Under the pieces are notes generated by a model. It did no database searches, had not been told where the DNA came from, and saw only the letters and a program-made list of their open reading frames with translations. A stretch of DNA of 64,000 bases from a virus: IMG/VR virus record IMGVR_UViG_3300011258_000777, positions 5,893 to 69,892 of that record; one strand, 5' to 3'. The position numbers and the translations under genes were made by a program. Shown one piece after another: positions 9,056-18,131 of the stretch. Each line of letters starts with the position of its first letter. Position 1 is the stretch's first letter.

Positions 9056-10632
9056 TGTGGCACCTGTATAATTCCATAGTTGGTTGTGATAAGAGTTCCA
9101 GCACAAGACGCTGCGTTCTTCAGTGCTGACTTTGTAACCCTCACTGGATCTAATATACCACGCTCATAGAGGTTTGTCAAGGTTCCTGTGCGGAAGTCAT
9201 AACCCATTTCATCAGGCTGGTCGAGAACATGCGCTAGTAGCAAATCTTCACTCTTTGCTCCGTTTCTACACATCTGTCGGAATGGCGCTTGGCACGCTCT
9301 CTTAACTATGGTCATACCAATTGCCTGTTCATCGTGGTCGGTCACAATTGAGATTGAGTTGCTGGCTCGCAATAGAGCAGTGCCTCCACCACCAATCACA
9401 CCTTCTTCTTGTGCTGAGCGGACTGCCTCAAGGGCATCTTCGATGCGATGCTTCTTTTCTGTCATCTCGACTTGAGTTGCGCCGCCGACGTGAATAACAG
9501 CAACACCTGACGATAGGCGAACAATGCGTCCTTGGATGCGCTCGCATTCTGCGAAGTCGTCTGTGCTTGCGATCTCGTTCTTTAGACTCTCGATGCGATT
9601 CTCCACACCTTCATAGTCGCAGTTGCCGCCTACAAGGATTGTTCCAACCTTTGTGCTCTCAACTGACTTAGCTGTGCCAAGTTGGTCGAGAGTCGTGGTC
9701 TGTAGCTTCTGTCCTGACTCTCTGGTGATAAATGTAGCGCCCGTGGACATAGCAAGATCTGATAGTAGGTTACGGCGCTCCTCTCCATAGAATGGGGCTT
9801 TGATTCCCGCAATCTTTAGAGACCCGCGCATAGCATTCATAATCATAGCAGCGAGGGCTTGCCCCTCAATGTCCTCTGCTACGATAACAAGCGGGCGAGC
9901 CTCTCGTGCTACCAATTCAAGGATGGGTAGGATCTGCTCGACCTGTGTAATCTTGTAGTCTGTGACCATCACAAGCGGCTCTTCATAATGCATTACATTG
10001 CGGCGCTCGTCATTAACAAAAGCAGAGGCGCAATAGCCAGCGGAGAATCGGAAACCCTCAGTAACATCAATCGAGGTGTCCATAGATCGAGACTCTTCGA
10101 TTGTTATAGACCCGTCCTGCCCAACTTTATCAACAGCCAAAGCGATGAGATCGCCAATAGTAGAATCATTGTTGGCAGAAATGGTAGCGATGTGCTTGAC
10201 ATCATCAATGCTTGTAACCGGTCGTGCCATCTCCGTAAGGTTGTTACAGATTTCTGAGACTGTCGCATCTATTCCCCTTTGTAGTTCAATTGGAGAAACA
10301 CCAGCTACGATGTGGCGCTGGGCTTCGTTCAGGATTGCTCTCGCAAGGACGGTGGCTGTAGTAGTTCCATCACCTGCGCTTGTGTTGGTTTCATTTGCTG
10401 CTTGGCGGATAATCTGTGCGCCTGCGTTCTCAAACTCGTCTTCAAGGTTGACGAATTGGGCTACAGTTACTCCGTCCTTGGTCGCAAACGCTGTCTTGTC
10501 TTGCTCCTTTAGGAGCACGGTTCGACCCTTTGGTCCGAGAGTGGAGGAAACATAGTCTGCGAGAGTGTTTGCTCCATTTAGAATCTTCTGTCGCAACTCT
10601 TCGTTGTTTGCGAACACCATTTTGTTTGTCAT
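9052..10632 (-). CDS. groL: chaperonin GroEL
   Basis: TLGPKGR, TKDGVTVA, AGDGTTTATVLA and GILDP motifs; 526 aa, no GGM tail. Confidence 0.97.
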   Translation of the reverse strand: MTNKMVFANNEELRQKILNGANTLADYVSSTLGPKGRTVLLKEQDKTAFATKDGVTVAQFVNLEDEFENAGAQIIRQAANETNTSAGDGTTTATVLARAILNEAQRHIVAGVSPIELQRGIDATVSEICNNLTEMARPVTSIDDVKHIATISANNDSTIGDLIALAVDKVGQDGSITIEESRSMDTSIDVTEGFRFSAGYCASAFVNDERRNVMHYEEPLVMVTDYKITQVEQILPILELVAREARPLVIVAEDIEGQALAAMIMNAMRGSLKIAGIKAPFYGEERRNLLSDLAMSTGATFITRESGQKLQTTTLDQLGTAKSVESTKVGTILVGGNCDYEGVENRIESLKNEIASTDDFAECERIQGRIVRLSSGVAVIHVGGATQVEMTEKKHRIEDALEAVRSAQEEGVIGGGGTALLRASNSISIVTDHDEQAIGMTIVKRACQAPFRQMCRNGAKSEDLLLAHVLDQPDEMGYDFRTGTLTNLYERGILDPVRVTKSALKNAASCAGTLITTNYGIIQVPQ

Positions 10633-10633
10633 T

Positions 10634-11395
10634 TTAACCTCGTGAAATGATAAATACTTCGTTTGACTTCTTGCTTTTGTTCATTCCGTAAGCCCACTCG
10701 GCTGGGACTATTTCATAGTCAGAGTAGTGCTTGCGAATAAACTCACAATCATTATAACATAATAACCAGTTCTGGCGATTTGTCAAGAGGAAATGTAACA
10801 TTTCGTGATCAAAACCTTCATGCATGTCGCCGTTCTTTCCATAGAGCTTGCTCTTGGATTCCAAAAAGTAAGGGGGGTCAAGATACAGGAACTCATTTTT
10901 GTGCTGCTCTATCGACTCCTCAAAGCCTAGAAACCCTACTTTTAGATTGGGTGCGTCAAAATTCTCAAGCCTTTTGATGCTATTCTCGTTGAATCGACCT
11001 TCGGCTGCTTGCCTGGAGTATCCACCCGATAGTGTTGCGCCTGAGAACGATGAGCGATTGATCGCAAAGTAGGCACCCGCAGCCACATAAGAAGGTCCGT
11101 GGTTGCTGCTGTATGCCTTTAGAAGCTCTCGTAGTGCCTTGAACCCAGGTTTATCTAGTGGGTGTAGCTTGCGGACCTCTGCGACCAACTGGTCGCGATC
11201 TGTGAGCAGGCAGTTCCAAAAGTTGTAGAGAGGATAGAACGCATCGTAAGCGTATACCTTTCTATCTTCAGCGAGCACCAACTCCAGAGAGCCACCGCCT
11301 AAGAACGGGGAACAAATGTCTCCCTCTGGAATGTGAGGGAGTAGGTGCTTTATTGCGCGTGTTTTGCCACCGGGATAACGTAGTGGTGATTTCAA
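10634..11395 (-). CDS. dam: DNA adenine methyltransferase (Dam/D12 class)
   Basis: LRYPGGK, PFLGGGS (motif I), LYLDPPY (motif IV). Confidence 0.93.
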   Translation of the reverse strand: MKSPLRYPGGKTRAIKHLLPHIPEGDICSPFLGGGSLELVLAEDRKVYAYDAFYPLYNFWNCLLTDRDQLVAEVRKLHPLDKPGFKALRELLKAYSSNHGPSYVAAGAYFAINRSSFSGATLSGGYSRQAAEGRFNENSIKRLENFDAPNLKVGFLGFEESIEQHKNEFLYLDPPYFLESKSKLYGKNGDMHEGFDHEMLHFLLTNRQNWLLCYNDCEFIRKHYSDYEIVPAEWAYGMNKSKKSNEVFIISRG

Positions 11396-12702
11396 GTTCC
11401 CTCCGAAATTGTTTTGCTTAGATTTTGCCGAATAGTAAAATCAAAAGATGAATAGTCCACTTCGTCAATCCCTACTGCGTCCAACAGGCTCAAAAACTTG
11501 TCTTCTTCCAACTCAGCAAAAAATTGTTCAATCGCTGCGACCATAACTTCTGTTGGGATTTCTTTTGGAATAGGTGGGGTTGGCGGCAATGAAGCAATGT
11601 CTTGGGCGGCGCGAGCTATTTGCATCTCTCTTTCATTCACAAACCCGTCTTCGCCTGATTTTGCTGCAAATTCTTTTACATAAGGTTCCAGTCTTGCAGC
11701 CAATCCCCTGCCCTTACCTCTACTTCTTACACCATACTTTACATTTGAATAGTTGTTGCTTACCCAATTTCCTATTGCTGGCTCAAAATGTGCATTGCCA
11801 GCAAGATTCCAAATAAGTAGTGAATTTGCTATTGGTAGTGGTTCTGTAAATCTCTCATTGCCAGTCATAGCCTCTATCAGAAATCTTTCTTTAAATTCAT
11901 CTCTAGAAAACAAAACTTGTGCTATTTGTCTTCCCAAGTCTCCTCTCTCCGAGGGCTCTAGAACGTCAATGGCAACTTTATCTCCCATCAACTCAATTTG
12001 CTCAATTAAGAGCCTCTTAAAGATCTCGGTGTAATTTAGTTGATTTGCTACAACACTCGTGATCGACATAACCTCATCAGCCTGTCCAGATAGCAATTGG
12101 GCACCATCTTTTTTAACAGAAATTCTATAGTCTTTTTCTACTTTATTAGAAATGTCGGTTTTTGGTGTCGGGTTTGGGTTTCTTGTTTTGCCATTTGCAA
12201 GTTTTTTATACTTATCAGTCACAACTCCGTTGCCCGGTTTGAACCAGTTTTCGCGCGCTTTGATGCCTGATTTATTGGCAACTTCATTAGCTATTTCTTG
12301 AATCCCTTCGTATTCCTCTGAAGAAACTGGATTATCGACTTCTGAATCATCTCCATTATTCAAAGCAATTATTATATTTTCTTCAAACCTCTCACTAAGA
12401 TTTCTTACACCGCCGCGAGCGCCTGCTTTAAGCTCTATCTTTGTTCCAGAAGGCAGAATTCCAAATTTATCTGCTCTTTCCTTAGCTGGGTCTGGGGCTG
12501 CTCCAAGAAGGTCCATAATTTGTGATCGCTTACCTCCAGTGTTATCGATTATAACTCTTTTGGTATTTGATCTATCAATTACTTCAAGTTCTGGAAAATT
12601 TGCTTTTATTGTAGCAATAATCTCGTCGGCTTCGGAATGCTTACTCTGCTCTTCCAAAACTTCCTCGATCATTTCGAGAAGCATTAACAAATTATCAGAC
12701 AT
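11392..12702 (-). CDS. hypothetical protein, possible PD-(D/E)xK nuclease
   Basis: E-rich helix SERFEE, then PKTD...RISVKK; stop overlaps the dam start; AT-richer than flanks. Confidence 0.5.
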   Translation of the reverse strand: MSDNLLMLLEMIEEVLEEQSKHSEADEIIATIKANFPELEVIDRSNTKRVIIDNTGGKRSQIMDLLGAAPDPAKERADKFGILPSGTKIELKAGARGGVRNLSERFEENIIIALNNGDDSEVDNPVSSEEYEGIQEIANEVANKSGIKARENWFKPGNGVVTDKYKKLANGKTRNPNPTPKTDISNKVEKDYRISVKKDGAQLLSGQADEVMSITSVVANQLNYTEIFKRLLIEQIELMGDKVAIDVLEPSERGDLGRQIAQVLFSRDEFKERFLIEAMTGNERFTEPLPIANSLLIWNLAGNAHFEPAIGNWVSNNYSNVKYGVRSRGKGRGLAARLEPYVKEFAAKSGEDGFVNEREMQIARAAQDIASLPPTPPIPKEIPTEVMVAAIEQFFAELEEDKFLSLLDAVGIDEVDYSSFDFTIRQNLSKTISEGT

Positions 12703-12711
12703 AACTGCTCC

Positions 12712-13401
12712 TTACATTATCTCGTCGGCAAGACCATACTTAACAGCTTCTTCGGCAGAGAGATAGATGTTTACCTTTTCATTAAGTAGTTTCTCCAACT
12801 TCTTACGGGTGAACTTGGTGTTCTCAACCATAGCGGTGATGTAATCTTCCTGTAGTGTCTGGATAGCTTCCAACTCATTTGTTAGGTTAGGGAGCGTTCC
12901 AAAGTTGCCTGCGGCGACATTGTGAATCATAACTCGGCAGTTCTTGCCGATCTTGCGCTTGCCCTTTGTTCCTGCTGCGAGGAGTAGGGTTCCAGCGGAC
13001 ATAACCTTGCCGACGCCGATGGTGTGAATTTCGGTCTCTTCCATTACAACCTGCATCACATCGTAGAGAGCGAACATATCGTCTGCGCTGCCGCCGTAGG
13101 TGTTGATGTAGAACTCAACGGGCTTCTTTTCTTTGCCCTCTGGGGCTATGCGGTTCATTTCGTTTAGGTAAAGTAGGGCTTGGGTAAGCTCTGCGATCTT
13201 TTCATCTTCGACGCTAGAGTAGAGTCCAATAACGCGAAGCTCTGGCTCTTTAGCCATATCGCCACCAAGTAGTTGCTCAAGACTGATAGTCTTGACTTCA
13301 GGCTCGGAGCCACCAGTAGAGGCTGCCTCTTTGGTTGCTGCTTCTTTCTTTACCGGGGGGAGCACCGTATCAAGAATCTTTCCAATAATTTTACGCATCA
13401 T
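12712..13401 (-). CDS. clpP: ATP-dependent Clp protease proteolytic subunit
   Basis: YINTYGG, catalytic Ser in VMSAG, His in MIHN, YLSAEEAVKYGLAD. Confidence 0.93.
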   Translation of the reverse strand: MMRKIIGKILDTVLPPVKKEAATKEAASTGGSEPEVKTISLEQLLGGDMAKEPELRVIGLYSSVEDEKIAELTQALLYLNEMNRIAPEGKEKKPVEFYINTYGGSADDMFALYDVMQVVMEETEIHTIGVGKVMSAGTLLLAAGTKGKRKIGKNCRVMIHNVAAGNFGTLPNLTNELEAIQTLQEDYITAMVENTKFTRKKLEKLLNEKVNIYLSAEEAVKYGLADEIM

Positions 13402-13820
13402 TTGTTTATCTCCTTTGAAAACATAATAGCTGTTTTTTTGTTGTTATTTAGGAATCTCTGCGACCCTCTCCAATCATCAAATTCAATAAAGCCTTTAAAC
13501 ATCTCAGGGTGCGCCTGAAGTAAATAGGCTATCGAGTTATCTTTGTAGTGTTGAGTAACTTTATCATTGTCTCTTTTAAGAGATTCATACTCTTTGTCTC
13601 CATAAGACTTACCATTCTTGCGAAGGGCGTCCAGTCTGTTTATGTGTGCATAGTGTAAGTATTCTAACCCCTTATTAACAATTGTCAAGTAGAAAACATA
13701 AGCCATCCTTAAAATAACTAATGAGAGTTTAGTAGACTTGAAGAAGTATAAACCTCCGCAGGTTAGCCACCCAAGCAAGAAAGAGGACCCTGCTATCACT
13801 ATGCTGATGACTAGTTCCAT
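13398..13820 (-). CDS. hypothetical membrane protein
   Basis: Two N-terminal hydrophobic segments; GGAG RBS. Confidence 0.65.
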   Translation of the reverse strand: MELVISIVIAGSSFLLGWLTCGGLYFFKSTKLSLVILRMAYVFYLTIVNKGLEYLHYAHINRLDALRKNGKSYGDKEYESLKRDNDKVTQHYKDNSIAYLLQAHPEMFKGFIEFDDWRGSQRFLNNNKKTAIMFSKEINK

Positions 13821-13828
13821 TGTATCTC

Positions 13829-13870
13829 CAAAAAAATAACCACCTAGGTATGGTTGCCTAGATGGTTATT
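13829..13870 (-). terminator. intrinsic terminator downstream of the acidic 222-aa gene
   Basis: Minus strand AATAACCATCTAGG-loop-CCTAGGTGGTTATT followed by a T run. Confidence 0.7.
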
Positions 13871-13896
13871 ATAACGGCTCAGGAGATTTCTGTCAA
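13868..13896 (-). promoter_or_regulatory. sigma70-type promoter
   Basis: Perfect TTGACA-N17-TATAAT. Confidence 0.85.
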
Positions 13897-13900
13897 GCTA

Positions 13901-14569
13901 TTATTTTGAAGCGAGTCTACGATAAATGCGCTCGGCTAGCTTGTTCGCCATAGCATCTTTCTTCTTCTCACGAATGAGTCGAGCAGAGACTCGGCGGGCG
14001 ACTTCTTGTACTATTTCTTCTTCGCCCATTTCCTCGTCATCTTCCATCTCGATTCCCATATCGTTATCTTCGCCTTCGGGAGCGGCATCGACCTCTAGTT
14101 CACCACCTTCTACGTCTTCAGCTTCACCCCCCATTTCCATCTCATCTTCACCGACCTCTACATCGGCGTCGAGACCGAGTAGATCTGCGAGCTTGTCTAC
14201 GATGTCCGCAAACTGCTCTTCTTTTCCACCTTCCATGTCGCCCATGGCTCCCATGTCCATGTCGTCGCCCATGTCCATTTCCATGTCGCCTGCGGGCTCT
14301 TCACCCATATCGGCATCCATTTCCATGTCCATTTCTTCGCCGCCCTCGGGGGCTGGGGCTTCTTCGGCGTCCATCTCCATCTCTTCTTCTTCACGCATAT
14401 CGCGCATACCGGGAGCATCACGCATACCGGGTTCGTCCTCTTCTTCCTCGTCGTCACGCATACCGGGTGGCATACCGTAACTTCCGCCCATCTCTTGGAG
14501 GGGCTGAATGTTCGCTAGCTTCATGAACTGGCGAATCTCTGATTCTGATAATAGTGTCTTGCGAGCCAT
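13901..14569 (-). CDS. highly acidic low-complexity protein, putative internal head/scaffold-like protein
   Basis: D/E/M-rich core with three PGMRD repeats; N-terminal LLSE..RQFMKLANI..LQE; strong AAGGAG RBS. Confidence 0.7.
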   Translation of the reverse strand: MARKTLLSESEIRQFMKLANIQPLQEMGGSYGMPPGMRDDEEEEDEPGMRDAPGMRDMREEEEMEMDAEEAPAPEGGEEMDMEMDADMGEEPAGDMEMDMGDDMDMGAMGDMEGGKEEQFADIVDKLADLLGLDADVEVGEDEMEMGGEAEDVEGGELEVDAAPEGEDNDMGIEMEDDEEMGEEEIVQEVARRVSARLIREKKKDAMANKLAERIYRRLASK

Positions 14570-14583
14570 AGTTTTAAATCTCC

Positions 14584-14883
14584 TTAAAAACTTAATGTTA
14601 AATAGTCTACATCACCAGAAGAAGCCAATAATTCTTCGCCATCCGGCAAACGTTTCTTTAATTTAATTAGTGCCTTAGTTTCTATTTGCTTTATTCGAGC
14701 AAAAGATAGTCCTTCACGCTTTGCTATCTCGCGAAGAGAAAGAGAGCCGTTCTGGTGAATTGCAATCATCGTACAATTGTAGTCATCTTCATAATCAATG
14801 TGGTATCTGCACCCTGCTGCTTCGCAGCTTTCTCTTTCTTTCAAGCATTGCTGGGCACATATCATTAAATGTTTAGTATTCAT
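14584..14883 (-). CDS. small Cys-rich protein with sigma70 region-4-like HTH
   Basis: LSLREIAKREGLSFARIKQIETKALIKLK matches the sigma 4.2 pattern; five N-terminal Cys. Confidence 0.75.
   Translation of the reverse strand: MNTKHLMICAQQCLKERESCEAAGCRYHIDYEDDYNCTMIAIHQNGSLSLREIAKREGLSFARIKQIETKALIKLKKRLPDGEELLASSGDVDYLTLSF
14599..14605 (-). promoter_or_regulatory. CTATTTA putative late-promoter motif upstream of the acidic protein
   Basis: GACTATTTAAC 30 nt before ATG 14569. Confidence 0.55.
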
Positions 14884-15227
14884 AGATCTGGGAACTCCTC
14901 TGCGATTAAGTCAAATAGGTTTTCTTTCTCGGCGTCATCAAGGAGCCCCCAATCTTCCAGCTTTTCTTTTCCTTTTCGTTTTAGCTTGAGAGACTTTGCG
15001 AATCTCTTTCGACTCAAGAGCTTATGTTCTAAAACATAATCTTCCATAAAAGCCATAAGATTTGGATCTTCCTGAACAACGCCATCAATCACTGCACGAA
15101 AAAACTGAGATGCATTTAATTTATTGTGTCTCAGTTTTATTATAAGCCGTGCGTGATCATCATCGGCAACCCAAAAGCGGATCGACTTTATGTCTTCTCC
15201 GTAGTTTGGTTTATCAGTCATCACCAC
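14880..15227 (-). CDS. hypothetical protein (possible ribbon-helix-helix DNA binder)
   Basis: KSIRFWV strand followed by two helices; overlaps both neighbours. Confidence 0.55.
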   Translation of the reverse strand: MVMTDKPNYGEDIKSIRFWVADDDHARLIIKLRHNKLNASQFFRAVIDGVVQEDPNLMAFMEDYVLEHKLLSRKRFAKSLKLKRKGKEKLEDWGLLDDAEKENLFDLIAEEFPDL

Positions 15228-16243
15228 TGCCGGTTGATGATGTGTGTCTTGCTCTCGCCCAATCCGGCAGAAGTCTGCCGAACAAACTCGACCCTGTATT
15301 GCATCTCGTCAATCGAACGGACACCAGAGTAGGAAAGCCCGGATCGAATGCCTTGCTCAAGGTCTGAGAGGATGTTGCGAACCTTGCCGCGATAAGGAAC
15401 AGTAGAGGACACACCTTCAAATGATGAGTATCTTCCCCGCCACTCTACCTGTGCTTCCTTGGAAGCCATCCCTCGGTAGGTCTTGTATTTGCGTCCCTGA
15501 GCGTCTGTAAAAACTTCTCCGGGTGTTTCCCTTGTGCCAGAAAGTAGAGAGCCTAGCATAACCGCGTCGGCTCCTGCTGCGAGAGCTTTCACGATGTCTC
15601 CAGAGTTGCGAATGCCGCCGTCTGCTATGATTGTTACATCGCGGTCGGTCATAGCGCAATCCATGATCGTTTGTAGCCCAGGGTGTCCGTGACCTGTCTG
15701 GACACGGGTAGAACAGATAGAGCCTCCCCCGATGTTACAACGAACAGAGTTTGCTCCCCAGTCTGCGAGATCATTGATTCCCTGGAGAGTTGCTACATTA
15801 CCAGCCATAATGTGTAGATCATCGCCAATAGCCCCTCTAATTGTGTGTAGTGCTTCTTTCATCATAATGTGATGCCCGTGGGCTACATCAACACAAACAA
15901 AGGTTGCGCCTGCGGCAAGGCACTCACGCACTCTAGATTGCATATCATCGCCAACACCAACAGCGAAGCCAATGTTTTCTGCTCCGTTGGTTTTTGCTAT
16001 GCGAACCAACTGGGCTTGCTCTTCTGGCGTGTTGTATCTGTGGATGATTGCCGAACCACCCTGCTCTGACATTGCGAACGCCATAAGGTCTTCCGAGATT
16101 GTGTCCATAGGGGACGCAAAGATCGGTAGGTCAAGCTTTAGTCCGTTCCCCAAATTAGAATGGATATCCACTTCAGATCGACTGCGGATATCGGAATACT
16201 GCGGAAGGATGAGAATGTCGTCATAAGTTAATGCCTCTTTCAT
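15221..16243 (-). CDS. guaB: IMP dehydrogenase / GMP reductase family protein, no CBS domains
   Basis: ALTYDD, SPMDT, VDVAHGH, AGNVAT, catalytic GSICSTR, IADGGI, YRGMAS; start reassigned to ATG 16243. Confidence 0.9.
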   Translation of the reverse strand: MKEALTYDDILILPQYSDIRSRSEVDIHSNLGNGLKLDLPIFASPMDTISEDLMAFAMSEQGGSAIIHRYNTPEEQAQLVRIAKTNGAENIGFAVGVGDDMQSRVRECLAAGATFVCVDVAHGHHIMMKEALHTIRGAIGDDLHIMAGNVATLQGINDLADWGANSVRCNIGGGSICSTRVQTGHGHPGLQTIMDCAMTDRDVTIIADGGIRNSGDIVKALAAGADAVMLGSLLSGTRETPGEVFTDAQGRKYKTYRGMASKEAQVEWRGRYSSFEGVSSTVPYRGKVRNILSDLEQGIRSGLSYSGVRSIDEMQYRVEFVRQTSAGLGESKTHIINRQW

Positions 16244-16244
16244 G

Positions 16245-16613
16245 TTAGTTCCTGTTCTTGTCAATAAAGATTCGGATTCCGGTTGGGTCAAACCAAGTTT
16301 CCTTGTTGGGATTCTCGGGGTCTTCCATAAAATCAACCTTGGGTCTCATACCTCCGGTCTTAACATAACAGATAGACGGAACACCTTGAAAGCCGTATTT
16401 TTTCTCAAGTCCATCTCCATCCTCCATGTTAAAAGCATAGAAGTGGACACCGTCGTAGTCTTCAGAGAGGTCTACGAAGCGAGGCTTCAAGGCGTGGCAT
16501 AAGTGGCAATTAGAGCCATAGAACTTAATTACGACTTCATGTTCGCCGTCAACTTTTCCGCCTAGAATTTGCTCTAGGTTCTTTCTGTTTATCCTAGCTA
16601 TTGTCATTTTCAT
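16245..16613 (-). CDS. thioredoxin-like protein
   Basis: KFYGSNCHLC CxxC motif and GVP cis-Pro motif. Confidence 0.8.
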   Translation of the reverse strand: MKMTIARINRKNLEQILGGKVDGEHEVVIKFYGSNCHLCHALKPRFVDLSEDYDGVHFYAFNMEDGDGLEKKYGFQGVPSICYVKTGGMRPKVDFMEDPENPNKETWFDPTGIRIFIDKNRN

Positions 16614-16926
16614 ATCCTTCTATGATGCGGTCGAGATACCAGCGTGCTTTCTTGAGGTCCTCAAGAGCTTTTGCCTTGTGCCGGTGTCTCGCTACATACT
16701 TTACCACGTTGCCTGCGTTGAAGTCAAGCCCCCAATCCTCGATGGCATCAATTACTTCTATGCTGCCTTGGTTGTAGTGCGTGGGGTTATTGACTGCTTC
16801 GCGTCGTGCTAGACCTTCTAATCCCTCTAGCTGCTGCAAGTAGCTTGCTGCTACTTCTTCGGTGGGAGGAGGGTCGTCCATCCCTTGTGAATCAAATAGG
16901 TCAATCTTTTGTGTTGGCGTGGGCAT
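16594..16926 (-). CDS. DUF3310-family protein (T7 gp1.7-like nucleotide kinase family)
   Basis: VNNPTHY...IEVIDAIE...GNVVKYV.R...EDLKKARWYL. Confidence 0.8.
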   Translation of the reverse strand: MPTPTQKIDLFDSQGMDDPPPTEEVAASYLQQLEGLEGLARREAVNNPTHYNQGSIEVIDAIEDWGLDFNAGNVVKYVARHRHKAKALEDLKKARWYLDRIIEGYENDNS

Positions 16927-17158
16927 TGAGTGCTCCTTGGGTTATCTCGATGCATTGGGGGCAAAATAGTGAGACGTGAGAGGGATTCTCGCGCACAACT
17001 ACTCGCCAAGTTAGTGCGTGTTCTTTTGATTTTTTATCAAATGGGGCGTCGCACGTTGAACATGCGTCTGGTCTGTGGCTAAAGCTGGAAATTTTTTGGG
17101 CGAGTTTCTCGTTGCCTTTGTTCTTCTTCTTGAGCCGCCGCCGTTGTGCTCTATTCAT
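16901..17158 (-). CDS. small zinc-finger protein
   Basis: CSTC...CPQC; basic MNRAQRRR N-terminus. Confidence 0.65.
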   Translation of the reverse strand: MNRAQRRRLKKKNKGNEKLAQKISSFSHRPDACSTCDAPFDKKSKEHALTWRVVVRENPSHVSLFCPQCIEITQGALNAHANTKD

Positions 17159-17655
17159 AGGAGCCCCATTTTTTGGAAAAATGTTTTTAGTTCAAACTTT
17201 GAGTGTTCGGGATTTTGGAACTTTTCCCTGATAAGACACAGAGCGTCGTAGTCATCGAGAAATTCTTCAAAACTTTGTTCCCAACGCTTTGAGACCTTTT
17301 TTCCATACTCGCTTTCTTCATGATCTAGAATCATCAAATAACCACGCCTTGCTGAAGGATGTACTTTTTTATTCATGGCGGCGTTCCCAACGGCTTCTTC
17401 AAGTCGATTATTGAAGTTTTTATTGCCACTATTAGACTTTGCTTCTATAACCGCGAAAAGAGCATGAGTAGATTTATCATAAATTGGATAATCCCACCGC
17501 TTAGTTCGATTTACACCTTCAGCGACGCCGCCCTTTTTTAGATAATAGCTTGAACCTTCAAGCAGTTCTTCTATAACCTTTGTTAGTCCAGCAAAGTGCT
17601 TATCTTTTGTTTTAACTGGGCTGTCTCTATAGAAATGAAGAATTTGCTTTATCAC
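17155..17655 (-). CDS. XhoI/PaeR7I-family restriction endonuclease-like protein
   Basis: KRWD...AVIEAKS...NFNNRLEEAVGNA resembles the K.WD...IELKS...NFNNR.EEAIG.A signature of this family; short at 166 aa. Confidence 0.65.
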   Translation of the reverse strand: MIKQILHFYRDSPVKTKDKHFAGLTKVIEELLEGSSYYLKKGGVAEGVNRTKRWDYPIYDKSTHALFAVIEAKSNSGNKNFNNRLEEAVGNAAMNKKVHPSARRGYLMILDHEESEYGKKVSKRWEQSFEEFLDDYDALCLIREKFQNPEHSKFELKTFFQKMGLL

Positions 17656-18131
17656 GGTCGCTCCATTCCGGTGATGCGTGGTCCGTTAAATGATGACTGC
17701 CGGAACACCACCACTGCTGATGGGAATGGGGCACTATTCGTCTCGTCACCAAATTTGATGCGTCCTCGGACGAAGCGAATCTCATCTGCTTTCATCACGT
17801 AGTCGTGCCAATACTTGGTGTCGGTGCGGGCGGGAATAAGCATTACAACTGTTGTGTCGTCGTTCTGCCCCTCTTCGTAAGCCTTCTTGATCCAATCCTT
17901 GAGGTTACGACCATAAGGTGGGTTTAGGAAGACACGATTACCAGACCAGTCCTGAGCAAGTGAATCATCTGCTTCGGTGTAGTGGTTGGCGACCTTGTAG
18001 TTATCAGCCGATGCTGCGGCATCTAGGGTGAATGGTCCAAAGATGCTGTCGAGCTTGTCGAAGAACGATTGTGGTGTAGCCCAATCGTTCGACTTTGAGC
18101 TAAACATTACCTGCGTTGTGTTCTTGTCCAT
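17652..18131 (-). CDS. phage-type DNA N6-adenine methyltransferase
   Basis: WATP, FTLDAAA, VFLNPPYG, LIPARTDT, GRIKF, APFPS. Confidence 0.9.
   Translation of the reverse strand: MDKNTTQVMFSSKSNDWATPQSFFDKLDSIFGPFTLDAAASADNYKVANHYTEADDSLAQDWSGNRVFLNPPYGRNLKDWIKKAYEEGQNDDTTVVMLIPARTDTKYWHDYVMKADEIRFVRGRIKFGDETNSAPFPSAVVVFRQSSFNGPRITGMERP

Noticed and set aside
14395-14480. Short direct repeats (cgcataccggg) as a CRISPR array or origin iterons
   Set aside because: Only three short, in-frame, irregularly spaced copies encoding PGMRD. No repeat-spacer structure and no cas genes in the window.
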